64,000 nucleotides of DNA from the human T2T-CHM13v2.0 reference genome, Homo sapiens (GCF_009914755.1 NC_060933.1); one strand, 5' to 3'; positions 17,853-32,394 are shown, counted from the stretch's first letter. Notes: a model not told the origin generated them from the sequence alone. Numbers and translations are program-made.

Positions 17853-17999
17853 AGAAGGCACGTGATATCAGTCTGTCTCACGGAGTTCCTCCACAGCTGT
17901 CCAAAGCTCAATAAACCTTTACAACTACAATTTTGGCAATATATTTTTGGCAGAAATGTTTAATATTCCTCTTTTTTCCTTTTAAGTGTATTTTGCTTA

Positions 18000-19075
18000 A
18001 ACATGAATATAAAAGAAATAAAAATTTATGTTCACATAGAAACCTATACATGAATGTTCATGGCAGCTTTATTTGTAATAGCCAAAAAGTGTTTACAGTC
18101 CAGATGTCCTTCAGCTGATGAGTAGTGAAACAAACTGAGGCACATACATACAATGGAATACTACTCAGAATAAAAAAGTATAGACTAACGATACACACGA
18201 CATCTTGGATGAATCTCCAGTGAATTATGCCAAGTTAAAAAAAAAGCCAATCCCAATGGATTATATGATTCCACTTATATAACATTTTTGAAATGATAAA
18301 ATTATAGAGATCAAGAATAGATTAGTGGTTGCTATGAGTTAAGTGGAGGGGAACCTGAGAGGTTGGTGAGTGGCTATAAAAAACAACAAGAGGGATTTGA
18401 GTGGTGATGGAATTGCTCAGTATCTTAATATATTAGTCCATTCTCACACTGCTATAAAGAACTACCTGAGACTGGGTAATTTATGAAGAGAAGAGGTTTA
18501 ATTGACTCACAGTTCTGCAGGCTATACAGGAAAGCATGGCTGGGAGGCCTCAGGAAACATACAATCATGGCGGAAGGCAAAGGGGAAGCAAGTGCATCTT
18601 ACCATGGCAGAGCAGGAGAGAGAGAGCAAAGGGGGACATGCCATACACTTTCAAACAACCTGATCTCATGAGAACTCACTATCATAAGAACAGCAAGGGG
18701 AAAATCCTCCCCCATGATCCAGTCACCTCCCACCAGGCCCCTCCTTCAACATGTGGGGATTACAATTTGACATAAGATTTGGGTGGGGCAGAGCCAAACC
18801 ATATTACTTGACTACGGTGGCAAATACAGCAACCTACGCATGTTATAGAACTGTATATTACTAAATACACACAGATGCAGAGTACAAGTAAAACTAGAGC
18901 AATCTGAATAAGATTGTACCACTATCAGTAACCTGGTTGGGATATTATACTATAGTTGTGCAAAATGTTAACATTGGGGGAAGCTGAGTAAAGAGCGTAC
19001 ATGATCTCTCTTTATTATTTCTTTATAATTATATGTGAATCTATAATTATCTCCAAAAAACTTCAATTTAAACAA
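18000..19075 (+). mobile_element. L1MC/MD-type 3' end
   Basis: L1M 3'UTR motifs, interrupted by MSTA. Confidence 0.7.
18429..18806 (-). mobile_element. MSTA MaLR solo LTR
   Basis: tattagtccattctcacactgctataaagaac...gccaaaccatatta; TSD cttaa/cttga. Confidence 0.88.
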
Positions 19076-19449
19076 ATGCATCATAGCTAGTCACAATAGA
19101 GTCCATTCATGAAAGCTGATCACCCTAACAGAATTATATAAACCAGTCGTATGGTGAAATTTACGGTAGCTCTTACATAGTTTACCCCACTTGTATTTGC
19201 AATATATTTATATTTAGGCTGCTCACTTCTGTGACAACTTTTTTCAAATTTCCTCAATAATTTTTTTGTGTTTCTTCTCCCTATTTAACCAGCATAATTA
19301 GCTTTTTTGTTGGTTATTGTTAATGGCACTTTCATATCTTTGTTATTATTGTTTTATCATAAAAGAATAAAATTGTAATAAAATGGCTTTCCAAACAAAG
19401 AGGAAAGTAAATACACCTTGTTTGAAAGAAATGTGAACATTTTTTCCCA

Positions 19450-19730
19450 CAATATTCAATTATTCATTTTAACAGTGCCAAGCACTATTTTAGGTGCTTA
19501 AGAAAGAGACAGTAGTAAATTAAGCAAAATTCCTGCTTTTTTGGAGGTGACAGTCAACCAGATTAGAAAAACAGACAAATAATTATATATTACTTTATCC
19601 TAAATATCATGAAGAAAAATATATCCCAGCAATTATTCACAGAGAATGGTGAGAACACTAATGTAGATAGGGTGGTGATCTGCAGTTGTCTAAAGAGATA
19701 AGATTTGAAGAGACTTAGATGGCATGGTAT
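19450..19730 (-). mobile_element. L2 fragment
   Basis: gtgccaagcactattttaggtgct...aaattcctgcttttttggagg L2 3' motifs. Confidence 0.5.
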
Positions 19731-21759
19731 GTAATTCATAGTTATCAAGACAAAACACATGTTGGCTCTCCCAAGACAGATGCTTATTAATTCTTGATTT
19801 CCACATTAATTGATGGAGAAATGAATCCTCAACAAAACTTCTTTATCTTTCAAGTGAAAGTCTGAGGTATTTCGTTAGAAGATGAAAGAGTCAAGTACTT
19901 AATGCCCAATCTTTCATTCCCTTATCCTTTGATGTTTAAAAGCTTGCCTAGCTCTAAAAGAAAAAAAAAACACATCATTTTAATGAACACTGCAATTAAG
20001 AGATACATGCCCTGGAAACTCATCTCCTTTGAGCTGCTCTGATGTCGGCCTTTTCCTGATTTGAGGTCAATAAAGTTATGGTGTTTGCGTCTCCCAGGGA
20101 AAATCCCTCTATGTAAGATCATTTGACTCACTCTGGCTTCCCCCAATCCTCCTAAGAAGCTCAATCTGCAGATCAGAGCTGGCTACTCCTTTTCAATTAA
20201 CATTCTTTCAGATTTGATCATCGTCCTTGTCTTCATTTATGTCAAATGGTGCTCCCGTGGAGACAGGCAGCTGATTATTCTAGTCTAACTCAGATAAACC
20301 TTATTAAAATAACCACCTCCCTTATGCAAATCTATCCATCACTTTCACCTTGACAGGCCCTTGTCAGTCTGGTGCCCTGCACCATCTCTGGGTCCCAAAT
20401 GGTAAATGCCCCCACCCCAACGCTGCACCATCAGCATGGGGACACTGTTAGCAAGATGCAAATTGCATATGGAGATTTTGAGTCATTTGCTTCTTTAGAA
20501 GTTGAATTCCACTCAGGAAATATTAACTAAAGAAGCAGTGTAGTTTATGGGGTAGTTCCAGGTATCTAGGCCAATAAAATGCCAGGTCAATGTTTTGCAA
20601 GGCGATTCCATGACAAGTGGCATAGAGAGGAATAAGAGGTTTTCAGACCAGACAAACCCCAGATTCAGCATAAACACCTGTACAGGAAGACAGGAACTAA
20701 TGCTTTCTGCTTAATATGAAAAATTGCCTGGAATTAAAAAAAAAAAAAGAAGAGCCAGTCATGGGAGAGGGAGGTCACTGCTGCCCCAAAAACCTTCCCG
20801 ATCACCTCCATCCTGGTCATGAGCCACAGCCTCTTGACTGTAGAAGTGATCTGCTTTGTCCTCTAAATTTAAACTCACAATGGGATCATAAAGGGAACAG
20901 TGCCAAACAAACAGCCCCTTGGTTTTTGTGAGGATTATTCCTGAGAGCTCTATTGGTCTCCAGTAACATGGGCCTGATGTAGGCGCAGTAAGGTGATAGC
21001 CCTCTCAGAGGCAGGAGCTAGTGAGTCTTACAAGATGACTGTTTCCTATTTTCCCTTTGTTACTCATGGAGATGACTGAGGACTATTTACTTCTCATATA
21101 TGTCGATGTAGTCAGTGTAATAGTCCTAAGATGGATTGGCAGACTCCCATGGAACTGGGTCATACCCCTTTGAAAAAGTCTGATTAAACTTCTTTGAAAA
21201 GTCATTGGAGGGCTCATGACCATGGGATGGCATAGTGCCTCCTCCCCCAGTGAACAGACAATTAAAATCAGGGACAATGAGTCAAGAATGGAACAGTAGT
21301 AAATTTCAAAGAAGGAAAAAGTTCTGTGCTACTAGATGAATCTCTGAGTATTCAAGAGCTTATAAACTAAGACCTCAAGAGATAGTATTCTCCTGGGAAA
21401 CCTGGCATGATGCAGCTTATTGATAGAGCTGTGAGTATTGCTACCAGAGCTGTAATGACCAGCCAGCACGTAGGGGGAATATGACTTAGAAGGAGTTGTA
21501 GATTCCCTGATACAAGAAATGAGATATCTACAAGGCCAGATGTGATAAGTTGGTCATGCCAAATGACATGATCTTGCCCCTCTGGGAAATGTAGTATAGA
21601 GAATCCTATTTTTGAAACTTGAAAAGATGACAGAGTTTGATTACCAAGTCAGTAGAATTTCTAACATTTGCTCCTTTCTTGAATATGTTCCCTTCTGATC
21701 AAATGTGGCTAAAAAATTTGCAGATGAAGTTGTGTCTGTCCCAAGCTTCTCTTGATTTT

Positions 21760-22375
21760 ATATAATCCATCCTCCACAACCTAGCTTAGTAACTATTATG
21801 TAACTTATTTTTATCATTAAAAATAATTATTTTGAATTATTTTTAATTATTTTAATGGGTAATTATTGCTTAACTTATTTTTATTATTCTTGTTCTGACA
21901 ATAATTCAGTGGTTTCCTATTGCAATATATAGCAAATCCAAAAATCTTTAACATGACTTATGTTAAACAATTTCTTTCTGGCTTCTTCTCTCCCCATTGT
22001 CAATGGTATAGCCATCCTGTGCATAAATGGCACTTTTTTTTTTTAACTTTAATGAGCCAGGCTTTCTCACCCCTCTGCCTGGTTTCCCAGCTCCTTCATT
22101 AAACTAACTCCTCTCCATTCTTCAGGTTGCAGCTTGAATCTACTTTCTCTAGAAAGCTTTCCTTAACCCTCACATTGCATTATGAACCTCTCCTATGTGC
22201 TCCCACAGAATCGCATGTCCATTCTATCATGCTACTATCACACTATTATTATTGCTTATTTGTTTATAATCCCCCACAGTGCATAAACATTTTGCAGGAA
22301 GATACTGCATCTTGTTTATCTTTACATTTCCAGCACAAAATAGGATCTCCTGAATGAATGGATGGATGGATGAAA
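21760..22375 (+). mobile_element. L2 3' fragments
   Basis: ttttctctagaaagctttcctt motif and terminal (TGAA/TGGA)n tail near 22351-22375. Confidence 0.6.
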
Positions 22376-23329
22376 ACATTATTGTTACTAAGAGGCAGAA
22401 GACCTGCATTCAAGTCAACACCTCGCTATTTATCCTTAATCCGAAGCAAACCATAAACTCTCTGTGGAAGAGAATGTAGAAGTAGAAATGTGATCTTCTG
22501 TCTCCTTAAAACCAGGTGGCTAGACTAGGCAATTCCTTCATGGTCCTTATCAGCAGTATGATCAATGTCTCCATATGCAAAATATTGCAAGATATGTTGA
22601 GTTGCTCTAAAACACGTGCAAGACAAGCACCCTGGGCTCTCTGAAGAGGAGGAAAGATGAACAGTCTCTCCAAATGCAGATTCAAAAAAATCTCTATTCT
22701 AATTGTTATGTGAAGGAGAGAATTAACTCAAAGAATCAGTATAGAAACATGAGTACGTGACCTGATTATGCCCAGTTCTGCTAAGATCCAAGTGTTATTA
22801 AAAACTAGCCTTAATTAGGCAAGACTATGCTCTTTGTTTATTGGAATTTATTTATTAATTTTTATCATAGCTTCCAGTTTTCATTCTGGCTGTTTATTGG
22901 AGCCCTTCTTTAAGTGAGAAATGCTCACGTGTGTGTAATTTGAGCATTTCCCAGTGCTAACCTCCATTTCACCTCTGTCACGCTTAGGCAAGGACAGGAT
23001 CCTCCCTGTTCTAGCAGAGCCTTGGCCCTGTTTTAGCTGGCATGCAAATGCAGAGTGTGATCCATCATGTTTTATTCAATAGAGTCACTGAGAGAAAGGG
23101 AAAGGAAATTGTTGTGAATTAAATGTCCTTGTCTCTTCAGACAAGAAGATAAAAGTTCTGATTGATTGCCGAGATGGCTAGAAATGGAAGTATTAATGCA
23201 AAACAATGATTTTGTTATGTTTCTATTCTCTAAAGTGTTGCAAGTGGCAAGAAAAAAATTTTTGTCCCAGAAACAGACTAAGAGAGCTTTCTTCCTTGCC
23301 AGAACAAGGAAATTTGGTGAAATCAGGAA

Positions 23330-23500
23330 GCAGGTGATGGTGAGCCCAGGAGTGGGGTCTGGAGATCTGTATTCCAGTCCTAGCCCTGCAATGTTCCCTT
23401 AGTGGCCTTGGACAAGTCATTTCCTATCCTGACTTCGAATTCCTTAAAATAGGAGGATTTCGCTAGAGATGAGATCTGAAGTCTCTGTCAGTGCTTGCAG
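23330..23500 (+). mobile_element. MIR
   Basis: ggagatctgtattccagtcctagccctg...ggccttggacaagtcatt core. Confidence 0.6.
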
Positions 23501-24210
23501 TGCTATGAAATTCTTCTTCTTAATTAACTCAAGCAACAGGTCTTAAGTAGAAGCCATTGTCTGGGGATGCTACTGACGTGCTCTGCCTACTAGAATCTTC
23601 AGTAATATTACCAGGAAGATTCTAGCAAGTTCTGCCATTTATCTCCAATATATGAAGAAATTATTCTACTAGGAATTTCATAGTAACAAAGAATGTATAA
23701 GGTGTTAAGTGGTTCCATAAAATGGATTAAATTTGACAATTTACCAAAGTTAACTTAAGTACAATTATGTAAACCATGAACTGTATGTAATACACAATGT
23801 GATTTTGGTGTTAGCTTCTATTGACTCCTTTCTTTAAAAATGGGAAAATATTTAGGGTTGAGGATTTTTCATTGATTTTGTAAATAATTCTGTTCTGGTC
23901 CAGATCATCCTATTTTCCCCCTTCCTCAATATACAATTTTCCCTGATTCAGTGAATCCCTGAATTCATATAGTTCCATTTCCCAAGCTTGCAGACAGAAA
24001 TACTGGCTCTTTGATGTGTCAAAAGTTTTTTAAGTGCTCACAGAGAATGCTCAGTACTTGGCTACAGTCGCCCAAGGTTCAAAGTTTAAGTTGAGCGCCT
24101 TTATCTACTATATTTCTTTGTTTTCCACTTGGACATTGCTGAAAACTAAAGGAAGTTTGATTTTCTCCAGTTTGAGTGTGTATTGCAGAGAATCTAAAAC
24201 AGTTCTGAGG

Positions 24211-24212
<2 letters not shown>

Positions 24213-24243
<31 letters not shown>

Positions 24244-24259
24244 AAAGAGAGAGAGAGAG
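24213..24259 (+). repeat. (GT)14 followed by (GA)n compound microsatellite
   Basis: Direct read. Confidence 0.95.
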
Positions 24260-25465
24260 GCAAACACAGAGAAAAATACTCTTCTTTGAAAGCTAAGAGA
24301 AAAATACCAGATTCTATAGCTCAAAACATTCTATATGATCTCAGGTCATGCTCAAAATTAACCACTGGGTCAGAACTCAAATTCTGTATGAGGCCAGATT
24401 TTAAAATAAAATTTAGGTATTTGTCTTAAAACAAAAACCAGGCCACTTTCAAAACTTACTCCAACAAAGACATGATTTCTTAAAGCAGTCTTGAAACGTT
24501 CTTTTATTTTATGTATGTTTCAGCTTTTTGGTTAAGTATCTGATTCTTAAAACACAAGTACAATTTGTAGCCTGCAAAGTTTGAAAAGTAATTCTGTTTG
24601 AATCAAAAGAGATGTTGATTTGATGACTGCTTTTGTTCAAAACAATCATGTCATAATTTATATGCTGTAATATCCATATCTTAATACTAGATCTCCTGGA
24701 TAAACTGGTTTTCTCTACTACTTTGATAATTTTATTTTATTCAAAACTTGTTTCTGGATGCAGGAAGTATAGAAAGCTGATATTCTGGTATTATGGGTAA
24801 AACTGATGAAGTCAAAATTTTCCCCTTGGTGAAATGACTCTCAGATAATAAACAATGATCTTTCCCTCAGACCACTAGTGCATAGCCACACACATTGTGA
24901 GTAATTCCCTAACACAGTAAATTAACAAATGTAACTCAAATGAACTTAACTTGTTAAGAGTGTAGAGTTAATGAGCCTGAAACATCTGAGATTAGTTTAG
25001 GAGAGTGAGCTTGGGCAGGATTCAAAGCAACACACTGCATTCCAAATACTAGGAAATCTAGGCCATTGTCACAAGAAAGAGTGGAGCAGGAAAGTCAGCG
25101 AGTATGTCAGTATCCACCCATCATCCTTCAAAAAAAGGCAACTAAAAATGGGTAGGTAGAGTTTAAAAGTTATCATAGCTAGATACCTTATGGAAATGAG
25201 TGAAGCATTTCTAAGTGTATTGAGCTTGGAAGATACATATAGACATACTTGTAAATTTTGTATTTGTATTTATATTATAGTCTTTATATTAGACTATATA
25301 TTGAGTCTTTGGTACTCTTATTTTTCATAATTCAGTTTGGAAGTGCATTAAATTTACCTTTGTCCTATCTATTTTTAAAATGCTTACAAAGGAAAATAAA
25401 GATAAAAATATAATTATAAGGAAAATTTTATCCTTCTTATATCTTTAAGAATGAACTTTTACATC

Positions 25466-25566
25466 TTTGTTACCCAGGCTGGTCTCGAAAACTTGGGCCC
25501 AAAAAATCCTCCTGCCTCTGCCTCCCAAAGTGCTGGGATTAGAGACGTGAGCCACCACATTTGGCC
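25466..25566 (-). mobile_element. FLAM/Alu left-arm fragment within L1ME-like sequence (~25340-25950)
   Basis: cccaggctggtctcg...ctcccaaagtgctgggatta...ggcc. Confidence 0.8.
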
Positions 25567-26129
25567 TGAAAGATTTCAAAGCAAACAATAAAGACCAAAA
25601 AAAAAAAAAACAAAAACAAAAACAAAAATCCTAGTAGAAAACAAAGGAAAATATTTTTTGCAATTTTGAGATGAAAACATTTGTGCAAACAACACAACAA
25701 AGCTAGGAATCATCACAGAAATAACTACCAGATTCAAATTTATAAAGCATAAAATATTCTACATAGAAAAAAGTTTCCGTAAGCAAACTGAAGAAGACTA
25801 ATGAAGTTATTTTAAAAAATATTTGAAATATGTATGACAAGGTAGCAATGTACTTAAGATATTTTTTAAAAACCTATAGAAATTAATGAAGAAAAGAGGA
25901 CTCCCCAACAGGGAAATGAATAGGTAGAGGTCATGAACAGGCTACTCATAAAACAAGTAACTTAGGATGAGAATCTGGTAAAGGTCTGGAGGATGAGAAA
26001 TTGGATACAAGAATAAGAAAATGATATGGAAAATGTGGAGAATGGACTTAATATGGAGGAAAGGAAAGGAATTGGGAGAAAAGTCTGGCATAATTAAACT
26101 GGAGGCAACCTAGACAGCCTTTAGGGTCT

Positions 26130-26600
<471 letters not shown>

Positions 26601-27284
26601 ATTTATTTGACTCAGTCAACTCTGTCTCACCTATGCATAGCCTGGTGGTTTAGTAAGACTGATTTATGCAACTCTGCCTCCTGCTATGCAGGGACCATCC
26701 AGTCCTGGAAGAGCAGACCAGGCCTCTCTGTTCATCTTCATGCCCCGTCGATAAACAATCCTTCCAAGGTAAAAAGCAAAGTGGACATGAGGTTTTCAGA
26801 TCTGTCTAAGCTGTCTGCTCCAGAAGACAGCTTTGTTGACTAGTTCGTGAAGCAAATGTAGTCAGTTCAACAACCACTTTTTTCCAGGAAAAAAAGCAGG
26901 ATGGATTTTTTTAGGGCATACAGGATAGATTATAAGCGCATTTGGTCTCTGTTATTTTATGTAGTTTTCTTTTGCAGGGTGGGGGGTTAGCATTTGATTC
27001 TTTTTTTTTTTTAATTTGGTCACCTTTTATGTAATTTATCTGCTTTTACTAAGGAGAATAGTCCCTTCTGCTGCAATTGTATTCAGAAATCCCCTTCATT
27101 ATTCCAGAGATGGAAAGAAGATCATGACAGTAAGAAAGTAAATAAATGCTAAATACATTCATAAAGAAAAATGAAATGTTTCCTAGGAACGAGAGGGGAA
27201 AATATAGAAAGAGAAAAAGAAAGGGATGGAGAGGAGGAGAGGATAGCAACCAGTGGTTGCACACAAAAGTTTTTCCGTCAAAGA

Positions 27285-27298
27285 CTGCCACCTGGTGG
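27285..27298 (-). promoter_or_regulatory. Candidate CTCF site
   Basis: CCACCAGGTGGCAG on the minus strand, in non-repetitive sequence. Confidence 0.55.
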
Positions 27299-28784
27299 AA
27301 TTGTAACTGTGCCTGTTCCTTTGGCCTCAGCTAGTTCTGGAAGGAGTCCAGAGTAATCAGACGCAACTGACCTGCGAGCCTTCAAAGCTAAATAAAAAGC
27401 GGATGAATAAATGTCGGTGCATCAGTAGATTCTAAATCTTGACAACACAGAAGGCTTATTTAATTTGATCCCTGTGCATCAGAGGCTTTAAACTGTCATT
27501 AGTCAGGCATGCTGCCACTCTCTTTTTGAAGGCTAGTGCTGTTTATTGGGCATAAACCAGCTATATTTCATGTGAGCAAGTGAAAGGAAACAAAATCTCT
27601 TGTGCTAAAATAAAGAATAAATATAAATGCTATTGTCTTATCCTGCATAAGCCTTCATGGACTTCTTTTCAAGGCATTTAAATAGTTTTCTTAAGAAAAA
27701 GTATATATTTGAAATTTTGACCAAATGAAATAACCACTGACACTTTTTTAAATGTCCCAAAGTGGTTTAAATTAGACAAGATTTTTAAGAGATTAATTCT
27801 ACCCAGTAAGAAGATAATAATATTGATGGACAGGAATATATGTTCACATTTAATGTTTTCTCTCTATTCTACCAAACATGACAATGAAATTATACATATA
27901 AGGAATTTAGCCTTAACTCCATGCCTGCACACTACATTTCTGACTTCAACAAGGATTACTACACTGTATGTCAAAAACATATTTAAATGTCAAAGGCAAC
28001 TTTGTATTTCTAAGCCTTTGTATTGCCTTCTTATCTGGTAGAGAAAAAGGCAAATAAGATTGGCTTATTTTTTACTTCTGCCCAGAAAAAAAAAAAAAAT
28101 CTTAGAGCTTCCATATTCTCTTTAATTACATTTTCTACCTCTAGGCTCCAAATTTCAATTTTCATTTACAGATTTCTAAGGTTTGCCTAATTTTTAAAGA
28201 ACAGCTCTCTTTATTCCCATCCTGTGAGTTGAATACTCTGGACTTAGCTGTTTTCATGCCCAGATTTAATGACTGTTCAGCTTTGTGCAAAAAAAAGAAC
28301 AGGTAAACAGATCCAAGGGGATGCTTTCTCTACTAAACTTATGTCAGTGAAAAGTTAATTGATTAAATTAAAACATTTGACATACTCAAATAAAAAACAG
28401 AAGTTAACAGTAAGATTTTCATTTGGGTACCCAACTTAAAAGCTTGACAAGAAACAAGAAATAGGTCCAGTGTGCATACAATACTTATCATTCATTTAGA
28501 TGAGTCACTTAATATGTTACCAAAAAAAGCAAATTTATTGAGCATACAGACAATAAAGAAATAGTCTGCAAAGCAGAAGAACCAAGGAAGTAAAATTTCA
28601 TGGTATCCAAGGTACAGAGTTTAAAAAAAAGAAGTACATGCAACTCATAAGTTAAGTAAAATAGACCTGAAAAATGTCCATTAGATATGACAATGAAAGA
28701 GCTATTGGATCGAGGGAAAGCAATCTCAATAGAATGATGAAGGCATCCTCTGCCAGGATGCAGTGGATTGAGGAGAAAGCTGGA

Positions 28785-29193
<409 letters not shown>

Positions 29194-30079
29194 TTAAGGA
29201 CAAAGACCCATGAACATATTGATTTACTGCAAGAAATAATAAAGACAGTGGAAAGACAGCAATAAGGATATGAGTAAGAGAGAATGACTAAAAAGGAAGA
29301 TCATGCTGGATTTAAGGAGAAGGGGTATCATTCCTCCTTTGTCTGGAACTGGAGCAAAAGTTGGAGGAGATAGTTGCGTATAGGCATACGTATTAAGGTA
29401 CAGGGAACCAGCACACATCCAGTGACCTAAATGAGGTAAAAGGTAAAGTAGCTGTTGGAACTAAGGAGTGTGCAGGTTGACCACACAGACCAAGGGAAGT
29501 GGCAGAGATTGGGAACAGGAAAAGATGCTGACCAAGGAGAGTCCCCTGCGTGTGAGAAGAAGAGAAGCCAATTATCACATGAATCACAAGCTGGGTTTTT
29601 TCTGGGTGTCAGAGAAGGAACATGAGTAACTTATTTTCTGTGCCAAAATGATTTCCAGTAATTGTTCACAGAATGAGATGATGGACACTGATACTCTATG
29701 GTTGATCTTTCACTTTAAGTACAAGTATACACACCACCTACTCCCCAGCATATTAACATCAACTGTCATCATCATGAATTTGCACCTGCTGCTAAGCCTC
29801 ATCTCATCTCCACCACTATCAGCCTTCTGTTCTCAAAAATAGTTAGAGGTACATTTGGCAATTTCTTTCTCTTTCTTCCCAACAAAGTTTTGTAGTTTCT
29901 TCTGTTCCTAATTTGCCACTTGCAACTCCCCTGGCGTCTCTACAGTTTCTGAAATAATACAGTATCTTCACAATATTAGTATATTCCTTACACTAAAAAT
30001 ATTCCATCCATATTTGCATGTTTGATTATCATACAATAGGCAGATAGTTAAAGGTTGGAGATCCAATTCTAGCCAAGAT

Positions 30080-31067
30080 ATTTTTAAGCAGCAAAGGTTT
30101 TTTAGATACAGCCCCCAAATTACAAATTATAAATGATAAAAATTGATAAATGTGACTACATCAAAATTCAAAACTCTTGTACTACAAAAGACAATGTCAG
30201 AAAAAAAGACAAGCCTCAGGTGTGGAGAAAAAATTGAAATATGTGTGGCAAAAGATAATTTTTTCAAGAAATGGTACAAGAACAATTGGATATCCCTATG
30301 CAAAAAAAATGCTCTTAGAACTGTACTTCATATATTAAAAAATTAACTCAAAATGAATTATACTTGATCTTAGCCAAAAGGCCAAAAAGCAATTCAAAAT
30401 GGATCATATATCTCAATGCAAAGCCCAAAAATTATAAAACTTTTAAAAAGTAAATAAGAAAAAAAAATCCTGGAGACCTTGGGTTAATCAAAGATTTCTT
30501 AGATACAACACCAAAAGCATAATCAATGAAAGAACAAAATGATAAATTTGTCTTCAAATTTAAAACTTCTACTATTAAAAGACACTCCTAAGAGAATGAA
30601 AAGGCAAGTCATTAACTGGAAGGAAATTTTTGTAAAACATATACCTGATAAAGACTTGCATCTAGCATATGTGAAGAACTGTCAAAACCAAACAATAAGC
30701 AAACAAACAGACCAGTTTTTAAAATGGGCAAAAGAATGAACACAAAATTTACCAGAGAAAACATATAGATGGCAAATAAGCATACGGAAGCGTGTCCAAC
30801 GTCATTACTCATTGAAGAAATGCAAGTTAAAATCAGATATGACCACATACCTATTAGGATGGCTAAAACTAAAAACACTGACCGTATCAAGCATTGCAGA
30901 GAATGTGGAGGAACTGGAACTCTCAATCCTGTTGGTAGGAATGCAAAATGGTATGGCTACATTGGGAAATAGTTATATTGTTTCTTAAAAAACTAAATAT
31001 ATACCTACTATATGATCTAGCCATTCTGTTCTTTGGTATTTACCCAAAAGAAATGAAAGAATATATC

Positions 31068-31099
<32 letters not shown>

Positions 31100-31590
31100 A
31101 AAAAAAAAACTTGTATAAGAATGTTCATAGAAGCTTTATTTATGATAAGCAAAACTGTGAAGCAACTCTAATGTCCATCAGCAGGTGAATAAATAAATTG
31201 TGGCATATCCCTTTAATGGAATATTACTTACCAATGAAAAGGAATAAATTATTGTTACATGCAACAATATTGATGGATCTCAAAATATGCTGAGTGAAAG
31301 AAGTGAGCCAATATAGGGTACATACTGCATGATTCCACTTCCATAAAATTCTGGAAAATGTAATCTAATTTACAGTGGCAGAAAGGAAATCCATAGTTTC
31401 AGCAAGTTAGCAGGTTATGGAGAAACAGAAGAGATAGACTACAAAGGAGCATGAAGAAAATTTTGGGCTTGATGGGTATGTTCATTTTCTTAATTGCAGT
31501 AATGACTTCACAAGTATATACATACGTCAAAACTTATCAAATTGCCTACTTTAAATATGTGTTTATTATATGTTGATATCTCAAAGTTGT
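30080..31590 (+). mobile_element. L1MC/ME-type ORF2 end and 3'UTR, containing (CA)n-A tract at ~31069-31109
   Basis: Degenerate ORF2 C-terminus (KRMKRQ..W.EIF, MANKH, PIRMAK) and an L1M 3'UTR. Confidence 0.75.
30362..30393 (-). pseudogene. RNU2: U2 snRNA 5' fragment retropseudogene (tailless, nt 1-32)
   Basis: Minus strand ATTGCTTTTTGGCCTTTTGGCTAAGATCAAGT versus U2 ATCGCTTCTCGGCCTTTTGGCTAAGATCAAGT: 29/32, all differences C>T. TSD tcaaaatg(a/g)at(t/c)ata at 30348-30362 and 30394-30408. Confidence 0.9.
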
Positions 31591-32394
31591 TTAGAAATGT
31601 CACTGCTACCTATGCTTTCTTCATAGAAAAGCATAAACAATATAATGAACATCTGTGTGTTAACAACCCAGCTTAAAAATAAATTATTAAAAATATATTT
31701 AAAGCTCCCCAAATATACCTTTTGCACTAGGTAGAGGATCTCACTTCATCTTTAGTGAGGAGGACCTGCAGAGATCACAGAATCTCACATTTCCCTTTTG
31801 CAAATGTGTACAACAAATAATACCTAGTTCTCATTGCAGAGTAAGAGTCCAGTCATTTCCCACAAATTCTTTTGCCATCTTCACATGATGTCAAGCTCAA
31901 GAACTTTCTCTAGGTGGTGGCAAATAGAGAGCCCCTTTATCTAACCACACAGACCTCATCTCAATTCAAAAGAAACATGTTTGGATTCGCTCCAGCACTG
32001 CATAGCTAGGGTATTGCTCTGCTCCATGAGCGGCAGATGGGGCAGGATGACTCTGGGCAAACTCAGGTGCATGAATGGCTCTTTTTACTTCCTAGCTGAC
32101 TGACAAAGGTGGAACAGACCCTCCACTTGTGCTTTATCACTCTCGGCTGTCCATCTTTTCGTGCATTATATATTCTCTGTCGGAAATGACAATGTTTCTG
32201 CTGGAAAAGAAAAAAGGAGTTCAGCCTGTCAGCAGTGTAGTGGGAAGTAAAAGCATTTCACAAGTTCCGATCTTATCTTAGCAACTGCTTTTCTAAATAT
32301 TTTGCAATAGTACAGTAAGAAAGCTCTTTTTCAACAATAATAGAAGAAAGGCCTTTTTCTAAAATGTTATAACCCAAAAACATCAAAGAGTTAA

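Noticed and set aside
20700-21300. Possible exon or CR1/L2 RT relic (minus-strand FSKGYDPVPW resembles FSKAFDxVPH)
   Set aside because: A single weak motif with nearby stops and no supporting motifs; needs an HMM search.
21800-21890. AT-rich segment bounded by taacttattttt repeats
   Set aside because: Low complexity; cannot distinguish a TSD from slippage.
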